In this document: piece by piece, positions 25,450 to 39,400 of the stretch
Layout: the number at the start of each line of letters is the position of its first letter
Position numbering within the stretch: position 1 is the stretch's first letter
Origin: Phoronis australis
Taxonomy: Eukaryota > Animalia > Phoronida
Direction: 5' to 3'
Length of the DNA stretch: 64,000 bases
NCBI GenBank assembly: GCA_002633005.1
Contig: NMRA01000027.1
Span: 285,265-349,264, forward strand
Program-made: the position numbers and the translations under genes
The notes under the pieces: generated by a model
Database searches by the model: none
What the model saw: only the letters and a program-made list of their open reading frames with translations
What the model was told of the DNA's origin: nothing

Positions 25450-27480
25450 TTTCCTGTTACAACCATTTAAGTGAAAATCAATACAACAAACGTCATTGTC
25501 TTGCGTCATTCTCGACCTTTTGTAACAATGAAAAGTGTGTTGTCGTTTTGAAAACAGTACGCTCGTGTCACGCGCACGCGCCATTCCTTAATTATTTGCG
25601 ACAACTTCGCAGCAGCAAAATTTGTTCTGAAATTCATTTTTTCGGCATCGAAATTCTAAAACCAGTTCCAATAATTTGTTGTGGCATGTATGCAACCTTG
25701 TGAAAGAACAACATTTAATTGAATAATCGGAGAAAAAAGAAACTGGCCAATAGGTGACGCAATATTTCATGGCACTGAAAGCCGACGCAGATCGCTCCAC
25801 AACTTTAGCAACATAATAATGGCAGAACGCCATTTTTTCCAACACCGTTAAATAATTTAGTTTACTCAAAGAAGATTGTAGTTTTTAATGACACTAATTT
25901 TGTGTCAGATTTTATCTTACCACTTTTTTACTCACATCGGAACAAAGCTGTATATTTAGTATACAGCTTTGTACCAAGGCTACCAGGCTGTATGCACACA
26001 GCACAAGCGTGCTTCTTTCAGTCGGTTCTGATCGTCCCCAACAATACTCTTTCTTTATGTAATACTTAGAAGTATGACACTGGGGACTAGAAGTTTCACG
26101 GGTGCTTCACTTCAGCCGTCCATTTCAACCGCAAATCTGAATAAATTAACACAAAATAGGGATTCAACAAACCGTGAGCAATTGTTGTTTCTCCAGATGA
26201 TATTTACACCGCTCTGGTCCAGCGAGTTCACAACAAATTCGCAATGAAAACACAAAATTCTTCCCAAATGGTTGATGCATAGGAACTCCTGTATGACAGG
26301 TCATGTGAGGTAGCCATTTGACATGGAAGGAAGGTCACAACTGTAACTCCACACTTATCCCCAAAATCTCCAAACCATTTCGTAACCTCCTGTGATGATC
26401 CGGCAAATGCTATTATCCATGTGAAACTCAGTGGGTAATTCTGTACTTTTTTCTGTACTTTACCTACAACCAACTCGCGTGATTTGTCTTAGTTCCAAAT
26501 GTCACCCAATCAGCCAAATGAATGCTCAGTTCACGAATTCACAAAAATGCAAATGGCGGAATGACATTCGAAAGATAAGACGTTGAATCATTGAGTGAAT
26601 AAATTCTTTCGAAAGGCTTGATTTCCATGCAGTCATTTTCGCCGTATTATATGCGCAGATAAATGTGTTTAAGCGATCGCAATTTCGACGTATGAAATTT
26701 GATGTCCAATTCGAGTGTGACTCAGGACTTGGAATTTTCCTCTTTTAAGAGGTAGAGGATTTCCTCTTTTTTGGTTTCGATCTCCTCTTTTAATATTCAG
26801 TTTCCTCTCTTTCATCATTATTTTAGCTTTATTCATGCAAAAATGTTTAATTCAGTAAAATTTACATCACAAAAAGTATTTTTATCACAAAGCTTATTCA
26901 CACCTGGAAATTTTTCCTCTTTTGTTATTCGTCGTTGCAAGCTTTGGTGACAATTTCAACGTACGAAGTTCCAACCTGCCAGCTAGCCTTGGTGCAAAAT
27001 TGTATGCTAAATAATATACAGTTTTGCACCAATGTGGGTGAAAAATTGCCAAATAAAATGTGACACAAAATTAGCGTCATTAAAAATTACACTCTCATTT
27101 GACTAAACTAATTTATTTACCAGTGTTAGAAAAATTGGCATTCTACAGTTATTCTGCTACAAAAATTGTGGAACAATCCTTTGCGTCGGCTTTGCGGTGC
27201 CATGAAATATAGATCAACTATTGGCCAGTTTCTTTTTTCACTGCTTCTTCAATCAACTGTTCTTATTCCATGAGGTTGTGTACATGAAACATCAAATTAT
27301 TGGAATTGGTTTCATTTCATTTGTAGTATTTTGAAACCCGCTAAACCAAATTTCACAACAAGCTTTGCTGCTGTGAAGCTGTCATCATCTCGTGAGAGAT
27401 GCAACAAAAAATTAAGCGCACTGTATTCCAATGGACAACTGACTTTTCTTTGTTAAAAAGCCAGAGAATTATGCTTGAAA
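25450..27480. repeat. Diverged inverted repeat pair (about 25450-25984 and 26984-27480) around the TALPID3/TIMM9 intergenic core
   Basis: The reverse complement of 25741-25984 aligns by eye with 26984-27235 (TAGCCTTGGT..., GACACAAAATTAG, GCGTCGGCTTT, GTGCCATGAAATAT, TATTGGCCAGTT). A third partial copy lies at about 27525-27650. Confidence 0.75.
25990..26720. promoter_or_regulatory. Putative bidirectional promoter region for KIAA0586 (-) and TIMM9 (+)
   Basis: Main non-repeat, CpG-containing sequence between two divergent genes; YY1-like AAATGGCGG at 26551. Both ATG exons are preceded by acceptors, so their 5'UTR exons must lie in the intergenic interval. TSSs were not located. Confidence 0.5.
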
Positions 27481-27687
27481 ATTTAGTTTATTAGTTTGTA
27501 TTTCACTTAAGAATGAGTGCGCTGATGTGGGTAAAAAATGGCCTGACACATAATCAGTGAAAATTGCACTCTTCTTTGAGTAAACTAAATTATTTACGGT
27601 GTTAGAAAAATTGGCATTCTGCCGCTATTCTGCAACTAAAATTGTGAATTGGTTAACCCATTAAATTCTCATTCTTTTCAGGAAGAA

Positions 27688-30600
27688 ATGACTGAACAGC
27701 TCACAGAACAGCAACAAAATGAATCTGTTGTTAATCAGGTAATATTGAGAATAAGTTTGCCCTGATCAGGGTTGGCACTAGGGTCAGTTGATATTGAGTA
27801 ACAGGGACTTAGTGAACTTAAAAATCCAGAGTCCTTTTCAAATCTGTCAATTTCCAATCTGTGATCCATTCCTAATTGTGCACTGAAGTGAGTGCAGGCA
27901 GTGCTGTTTTACAACTGAAACCTTGCCATTCATTTGAAAGTGCTTGTCACACCCTTCTAGTCTTGACATTTGATAATAAAATGATTTTATTACGTGTCTA
28001 TTTCAGTTTAGAGAATTCCTGATGTCTTACAACAAGCTATCAGAAATGTGCTTCAGTGACTGTGTACATGATTTCACTTCGCGCAAGTCTCCAGAGTCTG
28101 AGGTTAGTTTCTAATTTTTGTTCACCCATATAGGTATGTGTAGCTGGGTGTTGTTGTCATCTTGTGTGGTTGGTCAGTGGTTCGGTTGTCTGTTCGATGT
28201 CTCAAAAAACCCCTGGTCAGATATTGTGGTTGAAGGCTTTTACTTAAATTGTGCTTGCCACTTCTCAGTACTTTGGGGGAAGGGCATTTCCAGTTGGGAT
28301 AATAAAACCGATGGATGGATTTCAATAGAACTTGAGAGAGAGGTTGTGAATGCAATGCGCCGACATTAGTTTAAGTTTGGACAGATTCAAGCTCTGCAGC
28401 AGCCCTTACAGTACTGGTCATTTTGGTTTTGAAAAGAGACTTTGTCAGTACTTTTGGGGGAAGAGAGTTTTGGGATATCTGGAAAACTCAGTTGACAAAT
28501 ATAAATTAAACTAGACACAAGTGTATGCAGTACTCGAAAATACAATGGATGGCGTATTTTGGACTTACATTTCCGGATTTTTACTTTTTGTACTCTTATT
28601 TAAGTACGCCCGAGTTGTTGAAGTTGGCACTTGGTTTAATGTCTGCCAGAGCCTCTCGTACTACCTAACGAACTTGTTCTTCAGAGAACCATTCTATTCT
28701 TGTAGTTTTCAAAGCCAAATCTTGGCATTGTTCACATCTCAAGCTGAAATAACAGGTGCTCTACATGACATTTTGGCTTTCCTATTTTTTCATATCTAAG
28801 ACACATAATCAGTACCAAAGTAGCAAACTCTAATCTCCCAATAACCCAAGGATTTTGATGCTTTTTATTTCATAAGTAACCAACATTAGACACAGGATTT
28901 TTTTCTTGGGAAATCTGCACTGCATCAGTCTCGCCATCAACAGGTCATTCAGTCTGAGCCTACAATTTTTCGCAAGTTTTATTTATTAACAGGAAGTTTT
29001 TCAATGGTTTGAATAGTGAGAACAAGTGGAGGGAGTTTTCTTGGATTTATTTTGTTTCCATCTTCAACTACTTTGATGGCATTCGTTTGGCAGGTCGGTC
29101 TTGGAATTTTGTATTATTTCTCCCATTTCAAAGTGCGTCCGCAGGTATTTGAATTTACGTGTCGGCTAGAGAGAGCCGATTTCACATTCGCATTGTCAAT
29201 TAGCCTTATGGTTGTCTAGTGGGAAATCTTTTGAACTTCGAGTCTGTGTAGGCTACTCCAATTTCACAGGTTACATGGGCGACTGCCTGGCTCACTAAAT
29301 AAGTGCCCACACCTTGATTTTCTGGATCTTGAGAGCTTTATTGCTGTTAATTTGAACATTCAATTGGCAATTGTTAGGAGGAAACATGACTTCTCAAAAC
29401 AGGTGGAGGAGAATGCTGAACACTAACGCCGAGTGTACAGCTGGACACTGACGCCGAGTGTACAGCTGGACATGTGTTTGCCAGCAGGTGCAACTACCAA
29501 AAAAACGCCAAACATCCGCTCTGCGCCCATTCAATAATACGAGTGAGCTCAATTTCTTGCTGGTATTTAACTTTTTCTACTCGCATTTTCGAGCGTGTGT
29601 ACTTGCTCATGTGGAGCCCTGATATGAGACTGCTATATGCCTGTACAAGTCGATTTTCAGACGTCTAGTGCCTGTTTTGGTCGTAAAAATGGTCTTTTTC
29701 AGTATTTCGGGGGAAGTGCATGGATCTTTCCACAGTGTTATCTGACAGCAATACACCAGTACCAGTTGATTTGACAACTGCAACACCCCCTAGTGTCTGT
29801 TCCATTTTGGGAGGTGATGACAGTCACCAGTTGTGATTAGATTCCAACTAGTCGTGTGTCTACTACGTCATTTTTTGTCCATCTTTACATCTACCTTACA
29901 TTATATTGATAAGCACCCCATTTGCATTGTAATGTGGGTACATATCAACACGTTATCTTGCTCTTGTTACTAAACTGTTTTGCGTTCAACTGACATTGTG
30001 TACCCTGTATTTAAAGTAAACTGCTCAAAATTTGGTTATTGCTTGTTAATTCCTGGTCGAAATGTTGCGAAAATTTAATGAAATATGTGCCTCGTTCTTT
30101 AGGCCAAGACAAAACTGTCGTGGATGAGTAAAACTTGTACCAATGAGGGAATTAGTGTGAGATAACATACCTGCATTTTGAGAACCAGTTGATGTGTGTT
30201 ATTCAGTGGAGAAAATTGGTTTCCAAAATGCGGGCACTTTATATCAACCTATTTATCTCAGTGCGTTCTAACGTGTAAACAAGATCAATGACTGAACATA
30301 AGGCATGTCTTATCTGCTGTCGTGCGAGTATTTAGCATAATATCAATGTGCAAATCTCTAGTATTCTGGCCAATCACGATGTGCTAGCAGAAAATATCTA
30401 CATATCACATCAACATAATGAAGTTTTCTCTGGGATGGAAGGCAGATCTGTCACCTGATTTAGGAACAGACTATGATAAGACCACAATCAGACGTCTGGC
30501 TAGTGATCATGTCTGTTCTGATGGCATATCAGGTATACCTGACTGTACAAATTTCTTGTGTCTTATTGCCATTACTTTTCATTAGGCATTAAAAAGGACT

Positions 30601-30829
30601 GAATCATGATTTAACTTAAATGTATAGGAACGTTCAGCAAAATACACATTTTTATAGAGCCAAGTAGTTTACGTTGAATGTCTGTTCCTAGGTGACATGT
30701 GTTGTCAACTGCATGGAGAAATACCTGAAAATGACTCAGAGGATATCTCAGAGGTTTCAAGAGATTCAACTGCAACAGAGTGAGGGCGCTACCGCAGCAG
30801 CTCAAGCACAGAGTCTTTTGAAGAGGTAG
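27688..30829 (+). CDS. TIMM9: Mitochondrial import inner membrane translocase subunit Tim9, 94 aa, 3 coding exons
   Basis: Exons 27688-27738 (MTEQLTEQQQNESVVNQ), 28007-28102 (FREFLMSYNKLSEMCFSDCVHDFTSRKSPESE) and 30692-30829 (VTCVVNCMEKYLKMTQRISQRFQEIQ...SLLKR*). Twin CX3C motifs; all introns GT-AG phase 0. AATAAA at 31201. Confidence 0.95.
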
Positions 30830-33462
30830 CGGCCGATAATCTATAGGACTGTAATGTTTTACATAAGAGTGGAAGTCATGGCATAATCTAATCATGAGGT
30901 CAATTTACTGTAAAGCAATTTTTTAATCTATTAGCTGGTGACATTTGTCATAAGTTCAACACAAGGTTATCTTGATGTAACCAGATGTGGATGCCATTTT
31001 GTTCATTTCGCTGATTGTTGTAATACACTGTATTGTAAAACCAACTGTGTTGTCAATGCCACAAGCTGGGGTAGACTACCAGTCCAGTTTTGAGACAAAA
31101 TAGTGGTCAGTTCAGTGCATCCTTGAAATCTGAATGACGTGCTTAGTCAGTGTCCTTAGTTGGCAAAAGAAATTTTATCCCCCATAACGAGCAAGAACAG
31201 AATAAAAGCACCATCATGGTCTTGAAGAACAAGTTGCACACACTTAGCTGGTTGTGACTTGGTACATTTTGGTCAAACAGATGTCCGCTAAATGCGATAA
31301 GATATAAATAATGTAAAACAGTCTAATTTTACTAAATATAATGAATTTGGCTAGCATAGTTACTTCAAAATGCTGTTTTCAAAACAGAATAATTTTGAAT
31401 TTCCTATGATCATAAGAGTCGTGGGTATGAAAAGTTACATGCATGCTCATCTCAGATATTTTGTAATTTGACAATCAGTACACTCGATTTTCCTGAAACC
31501 TAAGCACACAATGTTATGAAAATACTATTTGTGTGTTTGGGGGGGGGGGCGTCTGTGCATCTGACTGCCTGTCTGTCTATGTGTGTTTCTGTGTGTGGCG
31601 TGTGCACATGATGAATTGCAGCAAATGTATGCCTGATTAATCATGAGGAAAGAGTATGTAATGTATTTCTGACAGCACATTCATTTAATTATAAACTTTA
31701 AAATCAATCTCATCTAGTGATTAATAACAAAATATTTATGATATATCATATGCATAATAAACAGTTATCTAGAATATATATTATATTCATGTAGGCACGT
31801 GTTAAAAAAATATGGCAAACAGTTCTTCATATTAGTTGGTCATCAAAGCTTAAACACTCAGTGCAAATTTGGCACTCAAAATTTACCCAGAGTCTAAACT
31901 ATCTGTAGTCTTGGCTATCAGCAAGGAATGCAAAGAAACTAAATTAGTCATCCCTTCTCAAAAGTTAACTTGCAGTTGATATCCACTAAACTAGTGACAA
32001 CAAAGTCAAAAAATATCACTGATATGGTTGTTTCTGTAACTCGTATGTGAATTCAACTAAGCTCTTGTTAACATGGCAATCAAACAAATATTTGTTATAT
32101 TTATAAAACTGAATATTGAACAAAATCATACCACAAATAGATTTCCAAGAAGCATCACTTCTAAAAGTCGCGTGTATCTGTGAAAACTTGAGCACTAGCT
32201 GTATTGAGCAAGCAAAATATCAACGTAAGTGCAATTTTGCATAGGTAAAAACATATTTCTGAGCTTTGTGTACTCGCATAGAGGTGAATTGAGTAATAGA
32301 ATAATGAAGCACTAGCAGGCATTTACTCACAATGCACAAACGTGCTCCTTCAAGGATTACAAAATGAATACCTGAAGGGCTAACACAGAGTAACAATTTG
32401 CTAATTTCTTATTTAACACTCATTTAATAAGACGATTCCATGTGTGGGTCTATAAACTATATATTATTAAATGAAAAACACCTCACAGAAAATAGTACAC
32501 TTTGTCGTGCATCTTGTATTATCGCCTGAGTTATTAACAACTCAAAAATTCTACGATAATTTCTCTATCAATTTGAATCAAGACATTACCTTGAACAACC
32601 CAAATTGTCACCAGCCACCTACGGAAGTGTACATACTACCCAAAAATTGCACGATTAGGTAAAAAATAACAATTCGGGATTTTTCGTGGCACACATTACA
32701 CAAAGCATTTCCATACTGTATTCAAGGCACTACTGGCAGGCAGAAGCATCATCCCCACGATTCCGAGCAGTCTGAAAAAATAAAATGTTGAGTACACTCT
32801 CATCTCGTCTTGGCTCTCAAACTCAAACTTGAGGAGCAGTTTATGGCACCATGTAACAATAACCAATCAGACTTCATGATGCAATTTTATCTTGGTAGTA
32901 GACAACACAACTAATAACGGAAAGTCAGGATGAACTAAGCTTCAGTTGCATGATTCGTTGGTGTTGCATAGACACTTAATGTGGTTGGTCACGACTTCGA
33001 TAATGACAATGATGAAATTTTGAGTAGAGACAAGAACTAGTTCGAAAGAGGTGTGAAGGTCATCTTTATTTAGACATTGAATATGTCACTCAATAGAAAC
33101 AGAGGTGACACATTTGCTCCATCTACTGCTTGAAACGCTGCTGTCCATCAAATCTCACGAGAACATAAAGGTAGGCTCCACCTGTCCTGCCAATCTAATC
33201 ATTCCACAATTCATCAAGAAGCGAGCAGGACGCTCTGAGGGCTTACGAATTTTTGTTAGTATCTAAGCCCAGTTGAACAGATTTAATTTCTCTTTAATTA
33301 TGAAATTTCCTAGCAGATAGATATCTACATTTCAAGTCTTGACTCTAACTTTGTGATTGTTCCTTGAAAATGTAACATCCTTTCAAGTAAGGTACTAAAG
33401 CATGACATAAATTTTGACATTTTGCGATACCTTGAACAGAACTAACATACTCACTTTGTGAA

Positions 33463-36400
33463 CTACTGATGTCTGATTTGTGTCAAGCGAAGGTCTCCAT
33501 CCACCGTCAACTTGTCAATGGTGTGCAGACTCTTGATGCGGTGGTTATACTCTATGAAATGCCTGTTGTTCACTGCAACCTGCAATGAAAAACCCAAAAC
33601 AAGGTCCCAATATTCCAACATGTTGCCAATCATTTTTTGATTGTCAGCCTGTTACCAGCCATATTATGTCAACCCAACTTACTCTGAGCCAGTCAGCAGC
33701 CATATGACACGTCATCCTAAGTACACAGGTGTGTATACAAAGCAAAGTGACATGGCTGAAGAGGTATGTTCATAAATTCGGACTTCAAAGACTGAGAAAC
33801 TTTCTCATCAAAATCAACTCACAAGCAATACACATACAAACTTCACAGATCCAATTGTAAGATATCAGTATCCCTTGACACAAAATAAAATATAATACAA
33901 TTGCACTGTTTTAAATCAGCGCATCGATATGATATCAATAAGAATTATTAGTCTTCATACACACCATATGATGGCCACATCATATGACCTATAATTAAGT
34001 AGGAAAAGATCTCTACCCCAACTGGATTTCAAACCTGTGACATTCTGCTAACCCTGCAGATGCTCTAGTCCAGTCAACTGAGCTATCGGACCACAGGTTG
34101 ATTACAGGAATCTAAACAGACTTAATATAAAGCATCTTACCAAAATTTTAGATTGCAGATACATGTTTATAATTGTGTTATTACAAATCAACAGATTGAT
34201 ATCATAAACACATGTACCGATAGCTCAGTGGGTTAGAGCGTCTGTACGGTCATCAGAAAGTCGAGGGTTCTAACTCCAGTCGAAGCAGATATCTTTACAG
34301 ACTTGAATATAGGTCACGTGATGTGGCCAACATCTGGCGTGAATGATAATTCTTATTTATAGATTATAAAAATTATCATCACATTATGTCACAAGCTTAG
34401 CAGCATGATACCTTGAAGCAGTTGGCTTCGCACAAGAAGATCATATCAAAGTTTCCATTGGGTACGAAAGGAAAGTAGCTGGCATGCCTTTCTTCCGATC
34501 CCCAGCGTCTGCCAATCTCGGAGTTGCGCACAATAACGTGACGGTCCGAGCCAAAGCTGAAGCGTACGTCAAAGTGAAAAGCGATCTCACTACTTCTGGA
34601 ACATCTCAGGTTGATGGTGAACCTGATGAGAAAAATATTCATTACACCATACTCAATATTCATTATACCATACGCAATATTCATAATACCATACTAAATA
34701 TTCATTGAACCACACTCAATATTCATTGAACCACACTCAATATTCATTGAACCACACTCAATATTCATTGTACCACACTCAATATTCATTGTACCACACT
34801 CAATATTCATTATACCATACTCCATATTTATTATACCATACTCAATATTCATTATATCATAAACAAAACTCAAGATGTGGACGTTAAGCTGCACATAGAT
34901 ACTTAAAAGCGACATTTCTGTGATATCAGAGGTTGACGTGTTCCCAAACGGTCGATAGGTTAATGACCATTGAGTAATGGTGGTGTCACACTCCACGTGC
35001 AACAGTTAACTGTGACATCAATGACTTGTAGACAAGGGAGTACAGAGCTTAACGTCTAGAATGAAGTGATCGCGCACAATAGTTAAGTAGTAAGACATGG
35101 ATTTTTATGCAGCAAAGTGTTAAATTTTCGAATACAAACATTAAGGATGTAAAAAGCTGGCCACACACTGCTTACACGAATGCTCTATTTTCTACACACG
35201 TATGATATCATTAAAAAGTGCATGAGCCAAAAGAATCATTTCACGTCTCCTTTGGTAAAGAGCAAGAGTGGGAGAGTAAGGTAAGGTAACACTGAGATTG
35301 GCTGATCGTTACCGAAATGTAAACAATGTGCATACTTTTTAAGATAATTATTGTGATGATTATGTTCTTGTCTTTTGTTTTCTTTTGGCATATCTGCTCA
35401 ATATTATGTTTTGCTTAAGTAGGTCATTGTTTTATTAAAAGCCTGGATATAATGATTTGCTTTCTGGACTAAATATTTGTACTTAATGTATTTTTTATTT
35501 GTGTAGCCGTAAAAAAATGAGATGGGTGTTCACAAAGACGAGGCACTTGTAAGGAAGTAGGGCAGTAGGCAGAATATGGCAGTTTCAAAATGAAAGTCTG
35601 TAACTTTCAGGGGTGGACAGTAACTGACCAACTCCCATGATAAATGCCTTGCCTTCTGTCTGTCACTCAAATGTTCCTCTCACTCAAATGTTCCTGTCTA
35701 TCACTCAAATGTTACTGTCTGACTCAAGGTCCAAGGCCGTGAACACTTAGAGAAGGTGAAGAAATATTTGAAGAAATCAGAAAGTGACTATTGCTAAATA
35801 GGAGTGAGATGGTTATGCTACGTAGGGGGAAACTATTAAGCCACTTTTCAAAAGTCTTTGGCGTTTTATTTTTTTACATAGAGTGCATTCCAGCTGATTT
35901 TTCTTAAAGCCATCTCAGTGCCGTGATTGACAGGCAATGGTGATAAAATTAAACTTGGTGTAACAAGTTTGAAAATAGAGCATAAAATTACACTTGTATT
36001 ACCAAAGAGGACGACTGACAAAAGCGATAACACGCATAAAGAGAGCGGTCGTGTTGTGGGTCATTTTGACATGCTACCATATAAAAGGTGTCTTGCACCT
36101 TTTTGGTTGATTTCTATCAAATGAAAACAAAATTCTTGGAAAATAATTCTTCAAACCAGAAGTGTGATGCTGTAATCATGTCACATAATACAAACACTAT
36201 GTGTTACTGGCTGAATCCCTGTTCTTTTGGTTTTATTACCTGTCTCTGGCATTTTTGCTCTGACAGTGGCAAATTGTTAACGTACCATTAATTTCATTTC
36301 TTCTTACATTTGCTTCACCACTAAAGCAAACTTGGTGTGCTTGTAGTTGTAGTGACTTACTAATACTTAATCGAGCACACTAGTAGACGGGAAGTGTATA

Positions 36401-39400
36401 GTGATCAAGCAAATATGTGACGTGAACCATTTACCTCTGTACATTAGGATTCACTATTCCACTAATGTAAACCATGCGACCAGGATAGAAACCTCCAGAA
36501 ATCATGCTTTCGTGAGGAACTGGCTAAAAGTAATAATAAAACAGTAAAACACAGGTGGCATGGTGTTAATAACATGATTATGATAACATCACTTGTTTTA
36601 ACAAATAACATGATTAGTGTTAACAAAAAGACTTATGTTAAAAACATCACTTATGTCAACATCACTTGTGTAAACAACAACACTTATGCTAACAACAACA
36701 CTTATGTTAACAACAACACTTATGTTGACATCAATATCTTTAACTAACAACATGACTTGTGCTAATATCATGGTGACAAGTTACCATAGTTTTAAGGCTA
36801 GCTCAACTGAAAGCTGCCTCAAGCACATTGCAGTTACAACAGAGTGTGCCTGCCTAAATTGCCTTAGAGCATTTCCAACGCACACTTCTGAAGTAAACTC
36901 AAGCAGAAGCCAGCAGCAAGGCAGTGTCCCATGAAAATCAAATGGGTCATATTTAAACATGAAAACATACTTCCAAAAAGTTATATCATCACAACACATC
37001 ATTTCGTTTCACTCTGACTGGATTTTCTGTGTGTAAAATAAAATAGCTGCATTCCTTTTTAATACTTACTGGGTTGTACAGTGGGCTAGGCAGACCACTC
37101 GGCTGCACCATACCTGCAGGTGGGCCACTAGGGGGCGCGTGTGCAGGTGGGTAGCCTGAAGGAGCCTGGAATAGATCAATACACACAGAGCTTACAAACT
37201 TGGGACTCATTTAATAATGTAAGTTGATGACACCTAACATGACCAATGGCCATATTAATTGAAACCTGACAACATTTCAATACTTAAAGGACCAATAGAC
37301 TCGAGCCCTCTGTCAAGAATCAGTTACTGACAAAAGCAGTCTCGTCTTGTTCCTTACTGAGGTTAGAAATGATTGGTCGACTTGACACATTGTTATAGTT
37401 ACAGACCACACCCATTCAGTTACTTGGGTTAGGTAGTTATTTATGTTGCTTGTCACAATCGACTGGTTTCAGCCCGGCACTCTGGCAATACAGCCCTCAG
37501 AGAAATTTCAGACGATTTATTGTAAAACCATTTTCACTTCAAACAAAGTATAAGAATACAATGATATTGCTTTGGATGGACAAGGACGAATGTGAGGACA
37601 AGTGATGGTTGATACCGGCTTCACCATTCACTGTAATATTGTATGCAGAGATGGTATGCTTAATAATGGCTTCACCAAACACTGCAATATTGCATGAAAA
37701 AATCCGCAAGCACTAACCTATTTACTCGCCCCTCGGAGTGGAACATTAAAATTTTTCGTAAGTTGTCAGTAGTATTTTGATTTCGTAGAAAGCATTAAGA
37801 TACAACTTAACAGGTAGATAAAATTTATCAAAAATTTTTCAGAATGTCTGGAGAGAGTGTTCATTATTTGTCGTGCAGATTAACAATTCAAGAATAGCCT
37901 AAGGAGTGTGCTCTACACACCATTGGTGCACAAAAATTATTAAAGATGCATTGTGATGCCAATCTGAACATGGAGACTATTTCTCAGAAATAAGTGATGT
38001 AGGCATTGACCTTATTAACCTTACGGTAACTGCATGTATATACCATAATAAACAAAATAAGACTTCCTAGATTGTAAAAACATATGGATAAGTTGATCCT
38101 TCTAAGAAATTTGATGACGTCAAAGTTATGGGTCTAAAACACACTATACAACATCTTAAATAGTGAAAATGTAAGAAGTTTTCATCTACCTGAAATCTGA
38201 TGGAGGTCAGGTTGACATTGCCATCCACCATCAGGGTTGTCACTCGTTCCATCGGCAGGCGATGACGAAACTCAGTGAAATGAACCCCATTAATGGCAAC
38301 CTGAAACAAACCACTGATAAATATATGTTACCTGAATTTTCAAATATAAACCCTCTGATAAATATATATGTTACCTGAATTTTCAAATACAAACCACTGA
38401 TAAATATATATGTTACATGAACTTTCAAATACAAACCATTGATAAATATATATGTTACTTGAATTTTCAAATACAAACCACTGATAAATATATATGTTAC
38501 TTGAATTTTCAAATACAAACCCTCTGTAAAGATTAAGATAAAATCTACCAACTGGCAAATGCCATTGAGTAGTCAGTTATACATATAACCTACACACATA
38601 TTCCTTTTAACAGATAAAATGGTAATTGAGCCACTCACGACTTCAAACAAAAATGTTTCAACAAACTGCTATCCCAGAGGAATGAAAAGTGTCTGAAGAA
38701 GATGGCAATCAAAAATAAATTAAATACAGGAAGTTGACCTCTTTTAAGACACTGAGTTGAGATTTTCACAAAATTACTTGAAAACTGTCTTCACAAAATG
38801 GTTTCTTGCAGTTTTCCTCAGAGTTCAAGATTTTGAGAGTGAGCCAACAATGAGGGCAATAAATAACAATATGTCTCGGTACTTGCCTGGGATTAATACT
38901 CATATAATGTAGTAAGGATGCTGAAAACACTTCAGTGAGATTAAATTAGATAACCCGTGAGCGTGTGCTTTGTGTGTGTGTGTGTGTGTGTGCTTTGTGT
39001 GTGTGTGCGTGTGCTGTGTGCGAACATGCGTGCATAGAGTTCATGTACATTAGAAAAGTCATCAAAATTTATTTACTCAATATGTAAGGAGGACCTTCAT
39101 TACTGAGGTGCAGAGAACACTACTGCCACCAAAATATACAATATTGTGTGTTTGGACTTTTTTAATACAATGAACTCTTATCAAAATTAGTGATGCTACA
39201 ACACAACTTCACACAGCATGTGACACCAGACATACATTGTTGGCATTCTCACAACACTATCCCTAACAAAGGTTTCATCCTTTGACCTACATCAAGGAGT
39301 GGAGAATAAACAAACCTTGTAGCAGTCACTTTGCACTAAGATGATCATTTCTAACTGCATTCCATGCTGAAACGGGAATCCACCATGGCGCTCCTCTGAA

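Noticed and set aside
26228-26473. First coding exon of TALPID3
   Set aside because: No open frame reaches a phase-1 donor; the exon at 22858-22729 fits the phase instead.
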